Below are positions 1 to 12,896 of a DNA stretch of 64,000 nucleotides, in pieces. This DNA comes from Thalia democratica (Eukaryota), in the NCBI GenBank assembly GCA_965202585.1, contig OZ241834.1, forward strand, positions 31,868,001 to 31,932,000, given 5' to 3'. The position numbers were made by a program, and so were the translations under genes. Below the pieces are notes generated by a model. The model did no database searches and had not been told where the DNA came from. It worked only from the letters and a program-made list of their open reading frames with translations. Numbering within the stretch: position 1 is the first letter of the stretch; each line of letters starts with the position of its first letter.

Positions 1-125
1 AAATTAGCCAAGATAGGACCTAAAGGTGAACCCATTGCAACCCCATCTATCTGTTTATACATTTTACCATCAAAACTAAACTCAACACCTGAAACAGCCT
101 TGTGTAACATTTCTTTGCGCACGAA
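1..125 (-). mobile_element. Penelope-like retroelement, reverse transcriptase fragment (runs off window start)
   Basis: Minus-strand translation FVRKEMLHKAVSGVEFSFDGKMYKQIDGVAMGSPLGPILAN contains the PLE RT motif YKQxDGVAMGSPLGPxLAN. Confidence 0.9.
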
Positions 126-129
126 TTGT

Positions 130-750
130 GTTAGTTTATGTGATAGTTAATACGTGGGATAAACATCTCAAAGGATTCATTTAAGAATCGATCAGCATGT
201 TCCAAAGTCTTGAAAAGCTGGTTTGATGGCCGTTCTGAGAAACCAACGAAAAAATACTTCTCGGCGATTGGGCAACATTTGTTGGACAATACTGAGTGTG
301 TTAAAAATTAAAAAAATAACAATTTTTCAGTCCTAGTGAGAGCGGAGAACTCTTTTCAATTGCATATTCTGGAAGCCTTATGTATTCAATCTTTAAGGCC
401 CAGTTTATGTAAGCAGAAAAAGTTCGTATACCAAGCTAGACTTTTTAAATCCTTTTATTAGTAATTTTAAAGTAATTAGTTTCTTGTTAAATTTTATTTT
501 TAAGTATAGTTTTAATTTTTATCGCTTGTTTATTTAGATTGTTTTAATACTAACGAGTTTTATTAGTATACCAAATGTATTTAGCATAAGCACTTATTTA
601 GTTTTTAACATTTGCTTATTACGTTATTTTATATGTAAAAAATTTAAACTTCAGTATAACTTTATTTCAATTTGTATTCATTCAAGTTTAGTAAGAAACT
701 ATTTCTGATGAGCCTTGCTACGAAAGTACTAAAATACATTTATAGAAAAT
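130..750 (+). mobile_element. Penelope-like retroelement, decayed GIY-YIG endonuclease plus 3' UTR/pLTR
   Basis: Plus-strand CDS*YVG*TSQRIHLRIDQHVPK and SAIGQHLLDNTEC...FSVLVRAENSFQLHILEALCIQSLRPSLCKQKKFVY, with in-frame stops. CTGATGA...GAAA lies at 705-725 in the tail. Confidence 0.85.
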
Positions 751-949
751 GATATGTATTCTGTTATATTTTTTAAATAAGTTATGCACTGGAAAAAAGC
801 TGTTCAGAGGTTTTTATATTTTGCAACCTTTGAATTTTCAGCTGAAAACCGTTTTAAATTTAGGAAATATCACGAAAACACTTGGTGAAAAGTTTGAGAT
901 GATTTTAAAAACGGATGAAACAGCTAAATAAATTTTTCTTAAAAAACCC

Positions 950-1325
950 CTACAAATCACATGGGACCTTAAAAATTCTGCCTTTTAGTTTTTGATCGAA
1001 AATGTTTCCAGATTTAGCAATTATCACAAAAACACATTCTACGCATTTTACATTTCAAGACGATTTGAAGAAAGTTTTCATAAATGCTTTTTTTTACTTC
1101 CTCTACTTTTTTGTCATTTTCCGTTAATTTCATTTTTTTTTGTAAAATCAAGAAGCGCCTCCTAGAAACTTTCTTTAAACCGTTTTAAAACGCGTAGCAT
1201 GTTTTTTTGTGATAATTGACACATATAGAAAAATTTTCAGCCAAAAACGTGTAGGTCGATTTTTTATGGTCTTACAAAATTTGCAATTGGGTTGTATCAG
1301 AGAAATTGATTTAGTACCCATGTCC
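950..1325. mobile_element. Degenerate foldback MITE-like element
   Basis: Imperfect inverted repeat: gcaattatcacaaaaacacattctacgc...gaagaaagttt (~1016-1077) versus aaactttc...gcgtagcatgtttttttgtgataattgac (~1166-1218); acatggg/cccatgt further out. Confidence 0.5.
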
Positions 1326-3017
1326 GCTTGTGATAACCATCTTAACTGTTTCTCAGGAGTGTTTTTAATACATTTATTTTAAAATGTGAACTTATTTCCA
1401 GTTAAAAATTCAAAGGTTACTTTTTTTATATAAGCTCCCTAATGAATACGTGCAAGTATAAAAGTAAACCTCGAACTTAACAAAAACAACATATAAATGA
1501 ATATCATTTGTTTACTAAAATTAAACCAAAATTTTTATATAGTTTTTGTTTGTTTATATGTATAACAAATAGTATTTATAAACATCAATGTCTATTGAAA
1601 ACTTTTGCTAATTAAAAACAATTACTAAACCATCAAACTTACTCATTATAAAGAAAGATATATTTAAAAAAAACTAAAAACTTTGCAAAGAAAACTAATT
1701 TTCAAACACATTTTGTTAAATACTTATGTCTATTTTTTCTTAAATTAATTAAGTATAAACTACTTTGATGCTGCAAACTTTTTTAAACAAAAACTAATTT
1801 TACAACTTATTATAGCGTTTCACTGCTTCAAAACCGTAACTAACTTATTATAATAAATAAAATATATTAAGTCACTGTGACAATGATAAACTTTACCAAA
1901 ACAGTTAATACAAATTAAAAAACAGCATTTAATACTATTACAATTGTTTTTTACATAAGGCTTGTCTTAATTTACTTTGATATTTGTCACGTTAACTAAA
2001 CTTATGTTCAAATTTTTTTAATTTCAATAAACTATTTAGTTCTAACATTTTTTGAAAAGCTTAAAATGTAGTATTTGAACAAACTTGTTTTTTTTATTAA
2101 ACGTACTTAAATATATATATATACGTATATACTAATTTACAGTTTTAAACATTTGTTACTAAATGATGAAGCATAAAACTGTTGTTATTTATTTGTATTA
2201 GAAAATTTAGAACTTTGATTTTTCAAAAATATTTTAAAAATTTAACAACAAAAAAAATTGTGCATTTAAAAGCCAATAAAAATTGCAAATCCGTCCCGTT
2301 TGACAATTAGTAAACTCTTAAAAGCCCTAAGGACTTTTGTATATATATAAACATGCATTTTATAAAAAAACTATTGTAGTTCAATTCTCCTACTGCGCTT
2401 ATACGTTTGTAGTTTATCCTTGTTTGTGAACATTGCTATTTTATGCAACTTGTTGTAATAATGATCACTTTATAATAATCAGCACCAGTAAGCACTATGC
2501 AAACCAAGTCAGCATAACGCCAACACCAGCTCTGACCACAAACTAAGCTTTTCAAATATGATAGTTGTTAACGTTATGAGTTCTTAAACTTACATCGTCA
2601 TTAATGTGGTAGTAGTTTATATGAAAAAAAATCTTGTTTTAGAATTGCAAGATTCGCATAACTATTTTGTTTTTAAACAAAATTTTTCAAATAGACTGTT
2701 GAAAAACTCAAAAAAAGTTAATAAGTCTCAATGTAAAGTAGTTTAAATCAACCGTTAAATACATACATATGTATAATTAGATATGGTTGATGAAACTAAA
2801 CAACTATTTAAGCGCATATTACTGACCAAAAGGTTATAAGATTTAACTAACAATACGTAAAACAATTTATAATATTGAATTTCAGTATATGTATAAGCTT
2901 ATAAACTCTATATTTGTATGTAGTATTTTAATGAGAAATAGAATGCCATCAAGTGTCAAAATATTTTAAAAGTTGCAATAATTGTTTTTATTAATTCTAA
3001 AGCTAAATTTTTGTTAA

Positions 3018-3370
3018 CGCTTGATGGTGTCCTATTCTCATTAAGATACTAATAATAAACCTATGTTTTATAAGCTTTTAGCTTTATTCTTTTTTTTTAT
3101 TCTTAAAACCTATTGGTCAATGGTTTGGTCTCAAAATTTCAGACATTAGAATACGTATATATAGTTGTAATATAGTTATTAAGACTAAAAAAGCAATTTT
3201 AAGACAAAAACAATGACCGAAAGGTTTTAAGAAAAAATAAAAAGAAGTAAAACGGCATGTATTACACAGTTTCAGTTTATATAAAAGCTTTTAAAACGTA
3301 GAATTATAATTATGTGTAAATTAAATATATATAAATGATATTTTATTGAGAAGTGGTACACCATCAAGCG
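3018..3370. mobile_element. piggyBac-like MITE (TTAA-flanked); an extra half copy lies at ~2790-2960
   Basis: TTAA|CGCTTGATGGTGT at 3014 and ACACCATCAAGCG|TTAA at 3374; internal arms are also inverted; a degenerate terminal copy (gccatcaagtgtcaa) sits at ~2945. Confidence 0.6.
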
Positions 3371-3461
3371 TTAAAAAAAATTATTGCCGAGTAGACTTGC
3401 AAGTATTTTTCATCACAATCTTTTGAATATTTTGAAGTGAAGCTAAATCTCATAACTTTAG

Positions 3462-3765
3462 CAGGGGTAGGAAAACTGTGGCCCGCGGGCCAAATGCGGC
3501 CCTCAAAATCAAAATACGCGGCCGGGAACTACTTATCAGCTAACAACATACTTTTTTAAAACCTTAAAAATTGAAGATTTTGTAATAAAAACTTAAATTT
3601 AGGCTCTTAATGCCATAAGTACTCTTGATTCGTGATCTATTGTTGCTTATTTTATCATACTTTTAGACTAAATTAGCACTTTTTATACTGATTATTACTA
3701 TTTTTAAATCACTATAAATCCCTATTTTTTGTGAAACTTTATTAAAAAACAAGTTGCCTAGTTTG
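3462..3765. mobile_element. hAT (Charlie-like) MITE, right end degraded
   Basis: Left end CAGGGGTAGGAAAACTGTGGCCCGCGGGCCAAATGCGGCCC is typical of Charlie MITEs; partial right TIR aagttgccta at ~3751; no clean TSD. Confidence 0.6.
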
Positions 3766-6752
3766 AAGACGAACAACCTTTTCATTCTGTATAAAGATTA
3801 AACACTTGCATGCTTTCTAAATATGTACATCCTATTCTGCGGTTCTGACAAAAGTTATCTGTTGTTTCAAAGTAAACTACTAGTTATGTTTTTGCTCAAC
3901 TCAACATCATATTTGACATTTTACACTTGTTGCTTGAAAATTTGATTTTTTATTTCAAAAACCGTCGTCACGCTTGATTAGTTTTACAAGCTCGCTGAGC
4001 TGAAAAATGAAAAACTCTATTCAGCATAACGAAGAAATTATCTAAACAAGATAGCTTTTGACAACTACCTAACAACTCAAATTCGAATATCTCAAATGCT
4101 GACAATTAAAATTGTAATAAAAACTTTTTAGGGACCACATAGAATAGCAATTAGTATATGAAACATAAACTCATGTGGGTTTAATTTTTAGAATTATAAT
4201 GGTTAAAAAATTAAGACAAAAATCGATGTTCTTAAAAATATATTTTACTTTAGTAAGTATGATATTTTTACGCATATTAAAAAAAAAAAGTGTTTATGTA
4301 TTTTTAACTAATAAAACTTTGATGGTAAATTTTTTTATTTTTGTATGTTATTATAAATAGAAAAATCAGATTTATTTGAATTTTACTTGTCAAAATTCTT
4401 CACAAAAAAGTATCTACGATAAAAATAAAACTGAAGTACGTTTTAAAACTCTTTAAGCTGTATGAAACAAAATCAGCAACTTAAAAGCTTTACGTGAAAA
4501 AAAAAAAATAATAATTAAAGAAAAATATAAAACACGTTCAGCTGAGCGTCATGCATATATCTTGATTAAGCATCCAACTAGTTTACCAATATACCTATCA
4601 CTACAAAAATATACTACTTGACAGTTTCAAAAAACAAATTGTAGAACAGTTACTTAATAAATATACGTGATTTAACTATTTTTGATGTTTCTTCATACGC
4701 AATGCTGGTGAAAGCATGTTTTTTATTCACTAATTGCAAAGAAAATATTTTAAAACATATTAAGATTGCAATTACCTTTTATGTAAACAAACAGCAATGC
4801 ACTTTGATTTTATTTAATATAAACTAGAAATAAAAAGCACTTACTTTTTTATATACCACTGATAGTGAAATTTTTTTATTTTTCTTAGTGAGCTGTTATA
4901 AATTTTGCAACTGCTTGTGTTTAATAAGGAGCTTATATCCAATAAGTTTCAAGTGATTTTATCCTTTTACATTAATGTAAAGTTTTACTAGTTTAACTAG
5001 TATACACTGACAACTTTCAAATTTCATACTATTTTTGTACGCAATAATCTATTTATAGATTGGTAATAACTCTTCGCGAGTAGTTACTTTTTTCAATCAC
5101 TACAAAAACTCTTCTACTAAATTTAAGCTAGCATTTATCACTTTTTGTTTGATTAATATACGTCAATTAAACAAAAAAAAGACTGCTGACTTATTTGAAT
5201 CCAAAAACAGTAGCAGTGAACAGTTATAGTCTTAAAATAACATGTAAAAAACAACTAACGTACTTTAGTATGTAAAACTAGAAAATAATAATATCTTAAA
5301 CATGTCTATGAAACAAAAACAATATGCCATTGCAAAAGTTAACAATATAAGCATGTGGATTAATAATTTGTCTATTATGAAAATAATAACTGAGTAAGCG
5401 TTTTGAAGTGCTTATATTCAATTACAATAATTGTTTTAAATGTGAAGTCACGCATCAGTGAGTTTGTAAAAGTGTGAATTGGCGGGATATGTATTGGTGA
5501 CAGGTGGCTTTCTTTTGTCATGTGTACTTAACCATTTTTAATTAAATTAAATTTATTTATTTTAAAACTGTTTTTACTAAACACAACACATTGTTCAGCA
5601 CAGTTTCGGACGGCAAGCTATATGTTGATAATAATTCTAGAAATTTAATAAAATATCTTTACTTCACATGTTACGTCGTTGTCTTAACAACTTTCAGAAA
5701 TTTTTACACCTTTAACTGAAAATAAAAAAGGTTCAGTGAGCTATGATTTTTTAAATATAAGCTTATGGTTGTGATAGTCAAGTAGAGAGAAATGATATTT
5801 AAATCATTTTGCTCTGACGTGCTTTTTAATGAATGATTTTTTGCGAAAGTAAAAATTTACTTGTTTTATGTAACTTTAATGAAAAAAATTGTATAATTTC
5901 ACGCTAACTCGAATACTAAAATACATAATTCAAAAAGTAAGAGTCTTTTCTCTGAGTGTTATAAAACACTACTTATAATGAATTCCTCAATCTTTGCTTA
6001 TTTATAGTTTAGCCAATGAAAAAAATAATAGCTAATCTTATTAAATTATATGTCTGTTTGATTTGTTTTATAGAGTACTCTTAAAGTAATACAATTATTT
6101 AGTCCTACATATTTATGTTTTCTTTTAACTTTTTTGGAGTTTATTGTCAACATTATCTAGTTATGTATTAAATGTATTTAAATAAAAATCTTAAGATAAA
6201 CAGTCTTACTTCTATCTTTTAGTTTTGTTTACTTTTAATAATCCAGCACTAAGATAAACCTTTTGATTTAACTTTGTTAAAAAATGTGAATTTTGTAGTT
6301 TAATCGTGTTGGTAAAAGTTAAGTTACATATATAAAAAAATCCAAATACGTTTAAACAAAATTTAAATTAAGTTTTTATGATTTTGTACTTAATCATCAA
6401 GTTTTATTTAATAAAGAGTAAATGATCAATTTAGTTGGTAGTTGATTGAAAAATTGTTTTAGTTTTTACATTAATGATGATATTTCTTTTGTAGCTCATG
6501 CACTTGGTCAATATTAAATTTTTAAGATAATGTTTACTTCAATTTTATATTTAATGATTCTATGTATTCGGTGTTTAAATTTTAACCTATACTACTTACT
6601 AACTTTATAACATCAAATAAAAGATCTGTAATTTTCTCAAAAAATTAAGCATGTACAAAATCAGGAACACTAATTTTTAAAATGTTACATAGAATAAACT
6701 TTCTCCGTATTTCCAGTTGTCTTTACTTTCTTTAAGTCAATGTTATCTAGCT

Positions 6753-6909
6753 CAGTGCTTCTGAACCTTTTATTAGTGGCGGAACCCTTTTCCAAAGTTC
6801 AACTTTTCCGCGGAACCCCTAATTTTAATTTTACATAAATTGTTAAATTTAATAAAAGTTATTTTTTAAATTTTAAAAGGCTTCGCGGAACCCCATTTCA
6901 GAAGCACTG
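6753..6909. mobile_element. hAT (Charlie-like) MITE, 157 bp
   Basis: 13-bp TIRs CAGTGCTTCTGAA / TTCAGAAGCACTG; 8-bp TSD atctagct/atctatct; internal gcggaaccc motifs. Confidence 0.85.
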
Positions 6910-8134
6910 ATCTATCTGGTTTAAAAGAAAGGGTCTTTAAAGTATGTTACATCTCTTCGTTTGTAGTTGTATTCGTCGAGATTTTCAGTGAAGATCGTAC
7001 TCATGGTTGTATTCAAACAGGTTCCTAGTTGTATCACAATACAGTCACCTCTCGCAGATCTGCGCACGTTGTTTTAAAAATGCGTAATTAAACGAGAAGT
7101 AGCAAAGTTGTAAAACCTGGAATTAATAAAAAAGAAAAAAAAAGAAAATTTTAACATGCTTAAAATAAGGTTTATATATAGATTATTAAGTATGTTGTTA
7201 GTTCAATAAATTTACGGTATTTTACAATTTTCATCTTTATTTTATTATTTTTGAAGAATTTCAAAATGCGTATCTAAACGAGAGTGTGTAACAAAGCGAG
7301 CGCGTAGATTCGTGAGAATTGACTCTATTTGTTTTATTTTAACACTTTTTGAATTATTATATCAGCAATGCATGTACATGCTTATTTATAACAAACTTTT
7401 TAACTTCTACAATTGTGACTGCGATTTTGCAAGTAAGTCGTTAATAAGTTTAGTAGTTATGAAAATTAAACTTACAAAATTATATAAATCTGGTAGAAAT
7501 AGTGAAACACACATATATATAGTTTAAAAACAATTATCTCTAATAAGGTAAATATTCACTCTGTAGTTTATTTCTATTGTTTTATGATGTTTTTTTTGTT
7601 AAAGATTCAGAATATTAACTTATAAAGTTATCATCAAATTATAGACTGTAATAAGTTTTGATTATATAAAATTTCCGAAATAAATGGTGTAAATTTTATT
7701 TTCGTACTTACTGAAGAAAGTTTTAATAATACTATTCTTTTATTTTATAACTATAGTTATGTTTTGTTTAATTTCTAGATTTAAAAGACTCAAAATACAA
7801 CCAAGTTCTGGTAAAAATATTAAATAAAATGAGAATTAAACTTTTACACAAAACACTGATAATAATAACGTAAAAATAGTTCATCGTACAACATTTTTAC
7901 TTTCTTTAAAGAGGTTTTATCCCGTTACAGGGATGTTAAAGGGAGGTAGTAGGGATTAGTATAGTAGATTAGTACAACAATCAAAACAAAACTTATATTT
8001 TATTTACATTAACTAAACAAAAAAAAGATACAATTACATCACTCTATACGAGAACTAAAGTTAAACACACATGAAAACATTAGTTCTTAAATCTAACGTG
8101 TTTAAAATGCATATTAACTTAAAAGCACACTAAT

Positions 8135-8345
8135 AACTGCTGAATGCTCTGCCGAAACTGCTACTGCCGAAACTGCGAGTAAATGCAAGTCAAATTCCGT
8201 TTTATAAGCACTAAAACAAATGTAACTTCTAACAATAAAAATGTTTTTTGTTTTTTCAATACTGGAAGCATGTCACGAAATCTGCGTAAAACAGTTTACA
8301 ACATCCGCTTTAAAATAAGAAAATGAAATGTTAATATCATTACAT
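8135..8345. repeat. Dispersed repeat, copy 1 (copy 2 at 10777-11055; related stub at ~29320-29370)
   Basis: ctgctactgccgaaactgcgagtaaatgcaagtcaaattccg...atccgcttt is nearly identical in both copies. Confidence 0.8.
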
Positions 8346-8571
8346 TATTTCTTTTTTAATTTTGAATTTAGTGTTTAAAGCCTGGTTTTAAATAAATTAA
8401 ATCATTAAAATCCTACTTAACTTTAAACTTTATTTAAGAGTTAAAAGCGCGGGTGAAAAAAAAAATAAGAAAAAGAAACTGAATAACTTATTATCTCAAA
8501 AATTTCATAATTTACAAAAACTAAGATAAAACACAACATAAGGACAAAGTAACAATGATAGTCATTTAGTT

Positions 8572-8670
8572 GGCTTAAGGCTTGTTGTCCTCAGGTTTCT
8601 TTTCCTCGGGGTTCTTGTCCTCGGGCTTGTTGTCCTCAGGCTTGATATCCTCGGGCTTCTTCCTCTCTGG
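8572..8670 (-). repeat. 15-nt tandem repeat (about 6 units) reading K-P-E-D-x on the minus strand; decayed coding remnant
   Basis: PPERKKPEDIKPEDNKPEDKNPEEKKPEDNKP*; unit differences are largely synonymous in this frame, but it is closed by an upstream stop. Confidence 0.6.
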
Positions 8671-9436
8671 TGGTTAATAGAGGCATATGAAACATCAATT
8701 GGATCATTGACAACGTCTTGTTTCTTTTAGGAAACATTTGACTTTGTGTTATCTAGCTGGTTTGTTGAATCAGCAAAACACCACATCGATTGGCTTTGGA
8801 AATAATGACAGCAGGAATTTTAGATTGTGACGTCATAAAATAAACTCAAAATCTTCATTCTTTCTTTTGTCTTTTTGTCGTACTTAAAAACAAAAAAAAA
8901 ACTTTTAAAGTTTTATGCAGTAGTAAGGTATGCTTAAAAGCTGTGGTTATCAAACGACAAACAATTATTTGCTTCAAACAACGTTCAAAAAGATACAAAC
9001 GCAACAATTTATTTAACAAGCGACGACTGCTAAATTTAAGGGGAGTTTATTTTTAATTTCTTTCAAAGGAAAAATTTTAACACAACTTATTACTTGAACT
9101 TGAAACGAGTAATAAAATAAGGCAAATGGCTTATCTTTTTACGACTAAGAAAGATGAAAACTCATTCAAACATACTTTTAAACTTCATTAACATTGTGAT
9201 TTAAAACAAATACAATCTATACTTTAAAACAATCAATCAGCAGGTCAAAACAATAAACTAGTAGTATTAAACAAATAGGAAAATTTGTTTTATTAGCTAA
9301 AACTCAGACGTTATTGAGAATAACTATTCTGTTATCGTAATTCTAAATTTTAATGCGGTTCTTGATTTACATTTCTATGTTTAGAAAAATATTTATATTG
9401 CGCTCTCTTGGCAACTTATAAAATGCAATTTTGCAC

Positions 9437-10075
9437 GAAAATACTGCGTCCCCTGACGACTTATGTAAATTGCAACATCTTCAAAAGAACATTGTGCACT
9501 TGAGTAAAAAGACTGTGCTTTTTATAATCGAAATACTGTGCCCCCATGCGACTTATGTTAGTTTCAACTTACATTATGCACTTAACTAAAAAGATTAAGC
9601 TTTTAAGGATCGAAATACTGCACCCCCATGCGACTTATATTAGTTGCAACTTATATTGTGCTCTACCTAAAAAGATTAAGCTTTTTAGGATCGAAATACT
9701 GCGCCCTCATGCAACTTATGTTAGTTGCAACATATATTGTGCACTTAACTAAAAAGATTTGTCTTTTTAGGATCGAAATACTGTGCCCCCATGCGACTTA
9801 TGTTAGTTTCAACTTACATTATGCACTTAACTAAAAAGATTAAGCTTTTAAGGATCGAAATACTGCACCCCCATGCGACTTATATTAGTTGCAACTTATA
9901 TTGTGCTCTACCTAAAAAGATTAAGCTTTTTAGGATCGAAATACTGCGCCCTCATGCAACTTATGTTAGTTGCAACATATATTGTGCACTTAACTAAAAA
10001 GATTTGTCTTTTTAGGATCGAAATACTGCGCCCCCCATGCGACTTATGTTAGTAGCAACATATATTTTGCACTTA
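9437..10075. repeat. ~82-bp tandem satellite with a 245-bp (3-mer) higher-order duplication
   Basis: gatcgaaatactg recurs every ~82 bp; ORF-track entries 9546..9752 and 9791..9997 give identical translations (offset 245). Confidence 0.95.
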
Positions 10076-10776
10076 GAAGAAGAAATATTATGCTCGTTAG
10101 CAAATAAACTGTGCATTTAAGCACTAAAAAAGCATATATAAAAGTATAAGTAAAAATAACCGCAAAAATTATATAGTATTTTTAACAAATCATCCCGGAC
10201 ATCAAGCTTCTCTTTTAACAAAACTCAATAAACCACTACTACACACTTGTATTATAATTGTAGACTTGCTGTTTCAAAGTACAAAGTTTTTCACACAATT
10301 TTTCTTACTATAATCATAGTAAAATGACGCAAAGTAAAGTATTATCGCAAAATATACTGTCAAAATCTTAAACTCATTAAAAAGTTGTTTAGTAATAAAC
10401 TAAAGTTATTTTTCCCGCTGCGTTTTTTAATTGATAAGGCACCTGATTCTTTATAGAAGATTCCTAAAATTCAGGCCACACATGGTCTCCAATGTCTCGT
10501 TAAGAGTACCCGACGTTGTGTCTAATGTAACCAATCTATGCTAGGGGTAATTAAATGGGGATAGATATTTTTATATAAGATAAATACATCTAAGATACTT
10601 AAAAGTCAACAAAAGTTTATTTACAAATATAAAATAGTCACACGACACACTAACTAAAACTACAGTTGAACACAAGTAACAAGAAGTATCTTAAACTAAA
10701 GAAAACAAAGTATTTCAGACTTAAACTTAAACATTTTATAATACAACATTTCGAGCTTTAGCAAACACCAATGATA

Positions 10777-11055
10777 CTGCTACTGCCGAAACTGCGAGTA
10801 AATGCAAGTCAAATTCCGTTTTATAAGCACTAAACCAAATGTAACTCCTAACAATTAAAATGTTTTTGTTTTTTCAATACTGGAAGCACGTCACGAAATC
10901 TGCGTAAAAGAGTTTGCAAAATCCGCTTTTGAATAAATTTGGAAAAGCTTGTTTTGAGAATAATGAAAAATTTTTTGGAAAAGCTTTTATTGTTACAAAA
11001 AATTACATATTTATTCACGAGCTTTAAAATAAGAAAATGAAATGTTAGTATCATT
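10777..11055. repeat. Dispersed repeat, copy 2, carrying a ~90-bp insertion
   Basis: Matches 8160-8345; extra segment 10930-11020 is bounded by tgaataaat/atttattca inverted ends. Confidence 0.75.
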
Positions 11056-11323
11056 ACAATTGTTAACCTACCATTTAAGTATTCACATGTTTGCTATTAG
11101 TATTGTTTATCTTCTTTTACAAGTTGATTTAAAGTTTTATACATTTTTTAGTTCTTATGTTACTAAACAAGTTTATAAATACATTTTTAAATACAAAATT
11201 CAGTTAATTTTTTTTTTTTTTCTTTTCTTTCATTTTTTAGTTGATTGTTTTATTACTAAAGATTTAAGTATTTATTTGATAAAAAAATTATGTGTAATAG
11301 CTCGTAAGAAACTTTATAAGCAT

Positions 11324-11407
11324 GTGGTGTACGACTCGATAACTAAATGGTTCCTTTGTACACACCAAACTTTTTGAGCGCTTTTTTTATCGTTCAATAA
11401 CCAAAAT
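11324..11407 (+). mobile_element. SINE-like dispersed repeat fragment (copies at 35592-35662 and 51034-51163 on minus)
   Basis: gtggtgtacgactcgataac...ggtt...accaaa...gcgctttttt...ttcaataa aligns with the reverse complement of 51034-51128. Confidence 0.55.
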
Positions 11408-12896
11408 AGCCATTTTTTAAAGTTATTTTTTGATTTTAATTTTTGTTAAACAATATAACCGATCGGTAATCGTTATTTTTCACATTTTTTTTAATCAACA
11501 TTTTTAATTAATCTCTTTGATTACGATATTACACTTAGCATAAATAAACTTAGTTTATTAAAAAAAACTACTACACAAACGGTTTTTAGTAAAAAGCTAT
11601 TATTTAAAGCTGCTTTGTGCAAAATTAAAGTTAAATACATATCTTCTTTATCTTTGTTTTCGATATCTTGGCTGAAAAATAGCTTGTTATGGTATGCATT
11701 TGCTCGTATAGTTTTATAGCAGTTTTGGTTTTTGTCTTGAAGTTATTAAATTTTAAAGTTTGACTGTAAAAAGTATTCAAAACGTGTTTTTTACTGCAAC
11801 TGGTATGTTTTTTAATACATGCTGTGCTGTGGATTGCTTAACTTTTTTTGTTTAAAAATTGCTAATTTGTATTTAGCTATGTTATATTAAATAATTTCGT
11901 AAACAAAATTATTTCTTAATATAGGTAATATAATTAAATAAAAAAATCATTCAGATTAATTTATATGCATAGTTAAGTAAACGCTTTATCGTTTAATTTA
12001 ACGAAGAAAAGTTGTATAAGATCGTAAAAATTTGATACTTTTTTTTCTACAAAATATTTTATTTTTGCAGATGTTTGCGAAAATTGACATAAAATCTAAA
12101 CAAAAAGTTTATAATATTATAACGGTACAGCTTTAAAAATAAAGATTGAAACTATGATAGACACTTACTTTAACAGTTTTTAAATTATTGTTAAAACTAG
12201 TTTAACCTTTGAAAAACTAACAAAAGTATTAATTTTAGGAAAACTTTAATGTTTAAAACACGAGAAAAAATAACAAACACAGCGAACATGTATAATATTT
12301 CCGATTATAAAGCAATAAAAAAAAAAGCTTGTTTCTTAAACATTTTTTGATTTTTTTACCATTGTTATTGAAATTTTTTTAAATGTTTAAGATATTTTTT
12401 TTCTATCAAGTTATCAGCTAAAAGAAAATTTGAAAATTATATAGTCTTATTTGTCGTATAAAAAACACTATGTTTTTGCTTAAAAGTATTTAAACATGTG
12501 ATAAAAAATACTATAAAGTGTTTCTTAAAAAAGAAATTTTATTAAAAAACTTTCAAGTTATATAATAACAATAAAATTTATAACAGTATTACTTGAAAGT
12601 TAAAAAAAAACTTTACGGTTTTTTTATTGTTTTGCTTTTGTAGTATACAAATTTTAAACACCCTTGATTAAACTTTATAAAATAACAAAGTAGGGGATTG
12701 TCAATCATTGCAAAAATGTTTTTAACCAAATCTAAGAAATTTACTAACTAACATAATAATTAGCCTGTGTGTAAAGTAAAAATTTAGTACATCTCAATAA
12801 AGGCCCATTAAATACTGAATATTTATAAAGTTTGAGTATATGATTATCAAAGCTTCACTCTATGGTTTAAAGACATACTTTTGATTATTTGTTGCA

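Noticed and set aside
6920-7063. Exon-like island with MSTIFTENLDEYNYKRRD|gtaaca on the minus strand
   Set aside because: I found no frame-compatible downstream exon or recognisable homology, so it is not supportable as a gene.
9437-10075. CRISPR-like appearance and the three 68-aa ORFs
   Set aside because: Units are contiguous with no unique spacers, there are no cas genes, and the context is eukaryotic; the ORFs are by-products of the repeat.
11042-11377. 111-aa hydrophobic ORF and similar 60-80-aa AT-rich ORFs (749, 4175, 7312, 14037, 36266, 53068, 56063, etc.)
   Set aside because: F/L/I/K/Y-biased translations expected from AT-rich non-coding or repeat DNA, with no motifs or splice support.
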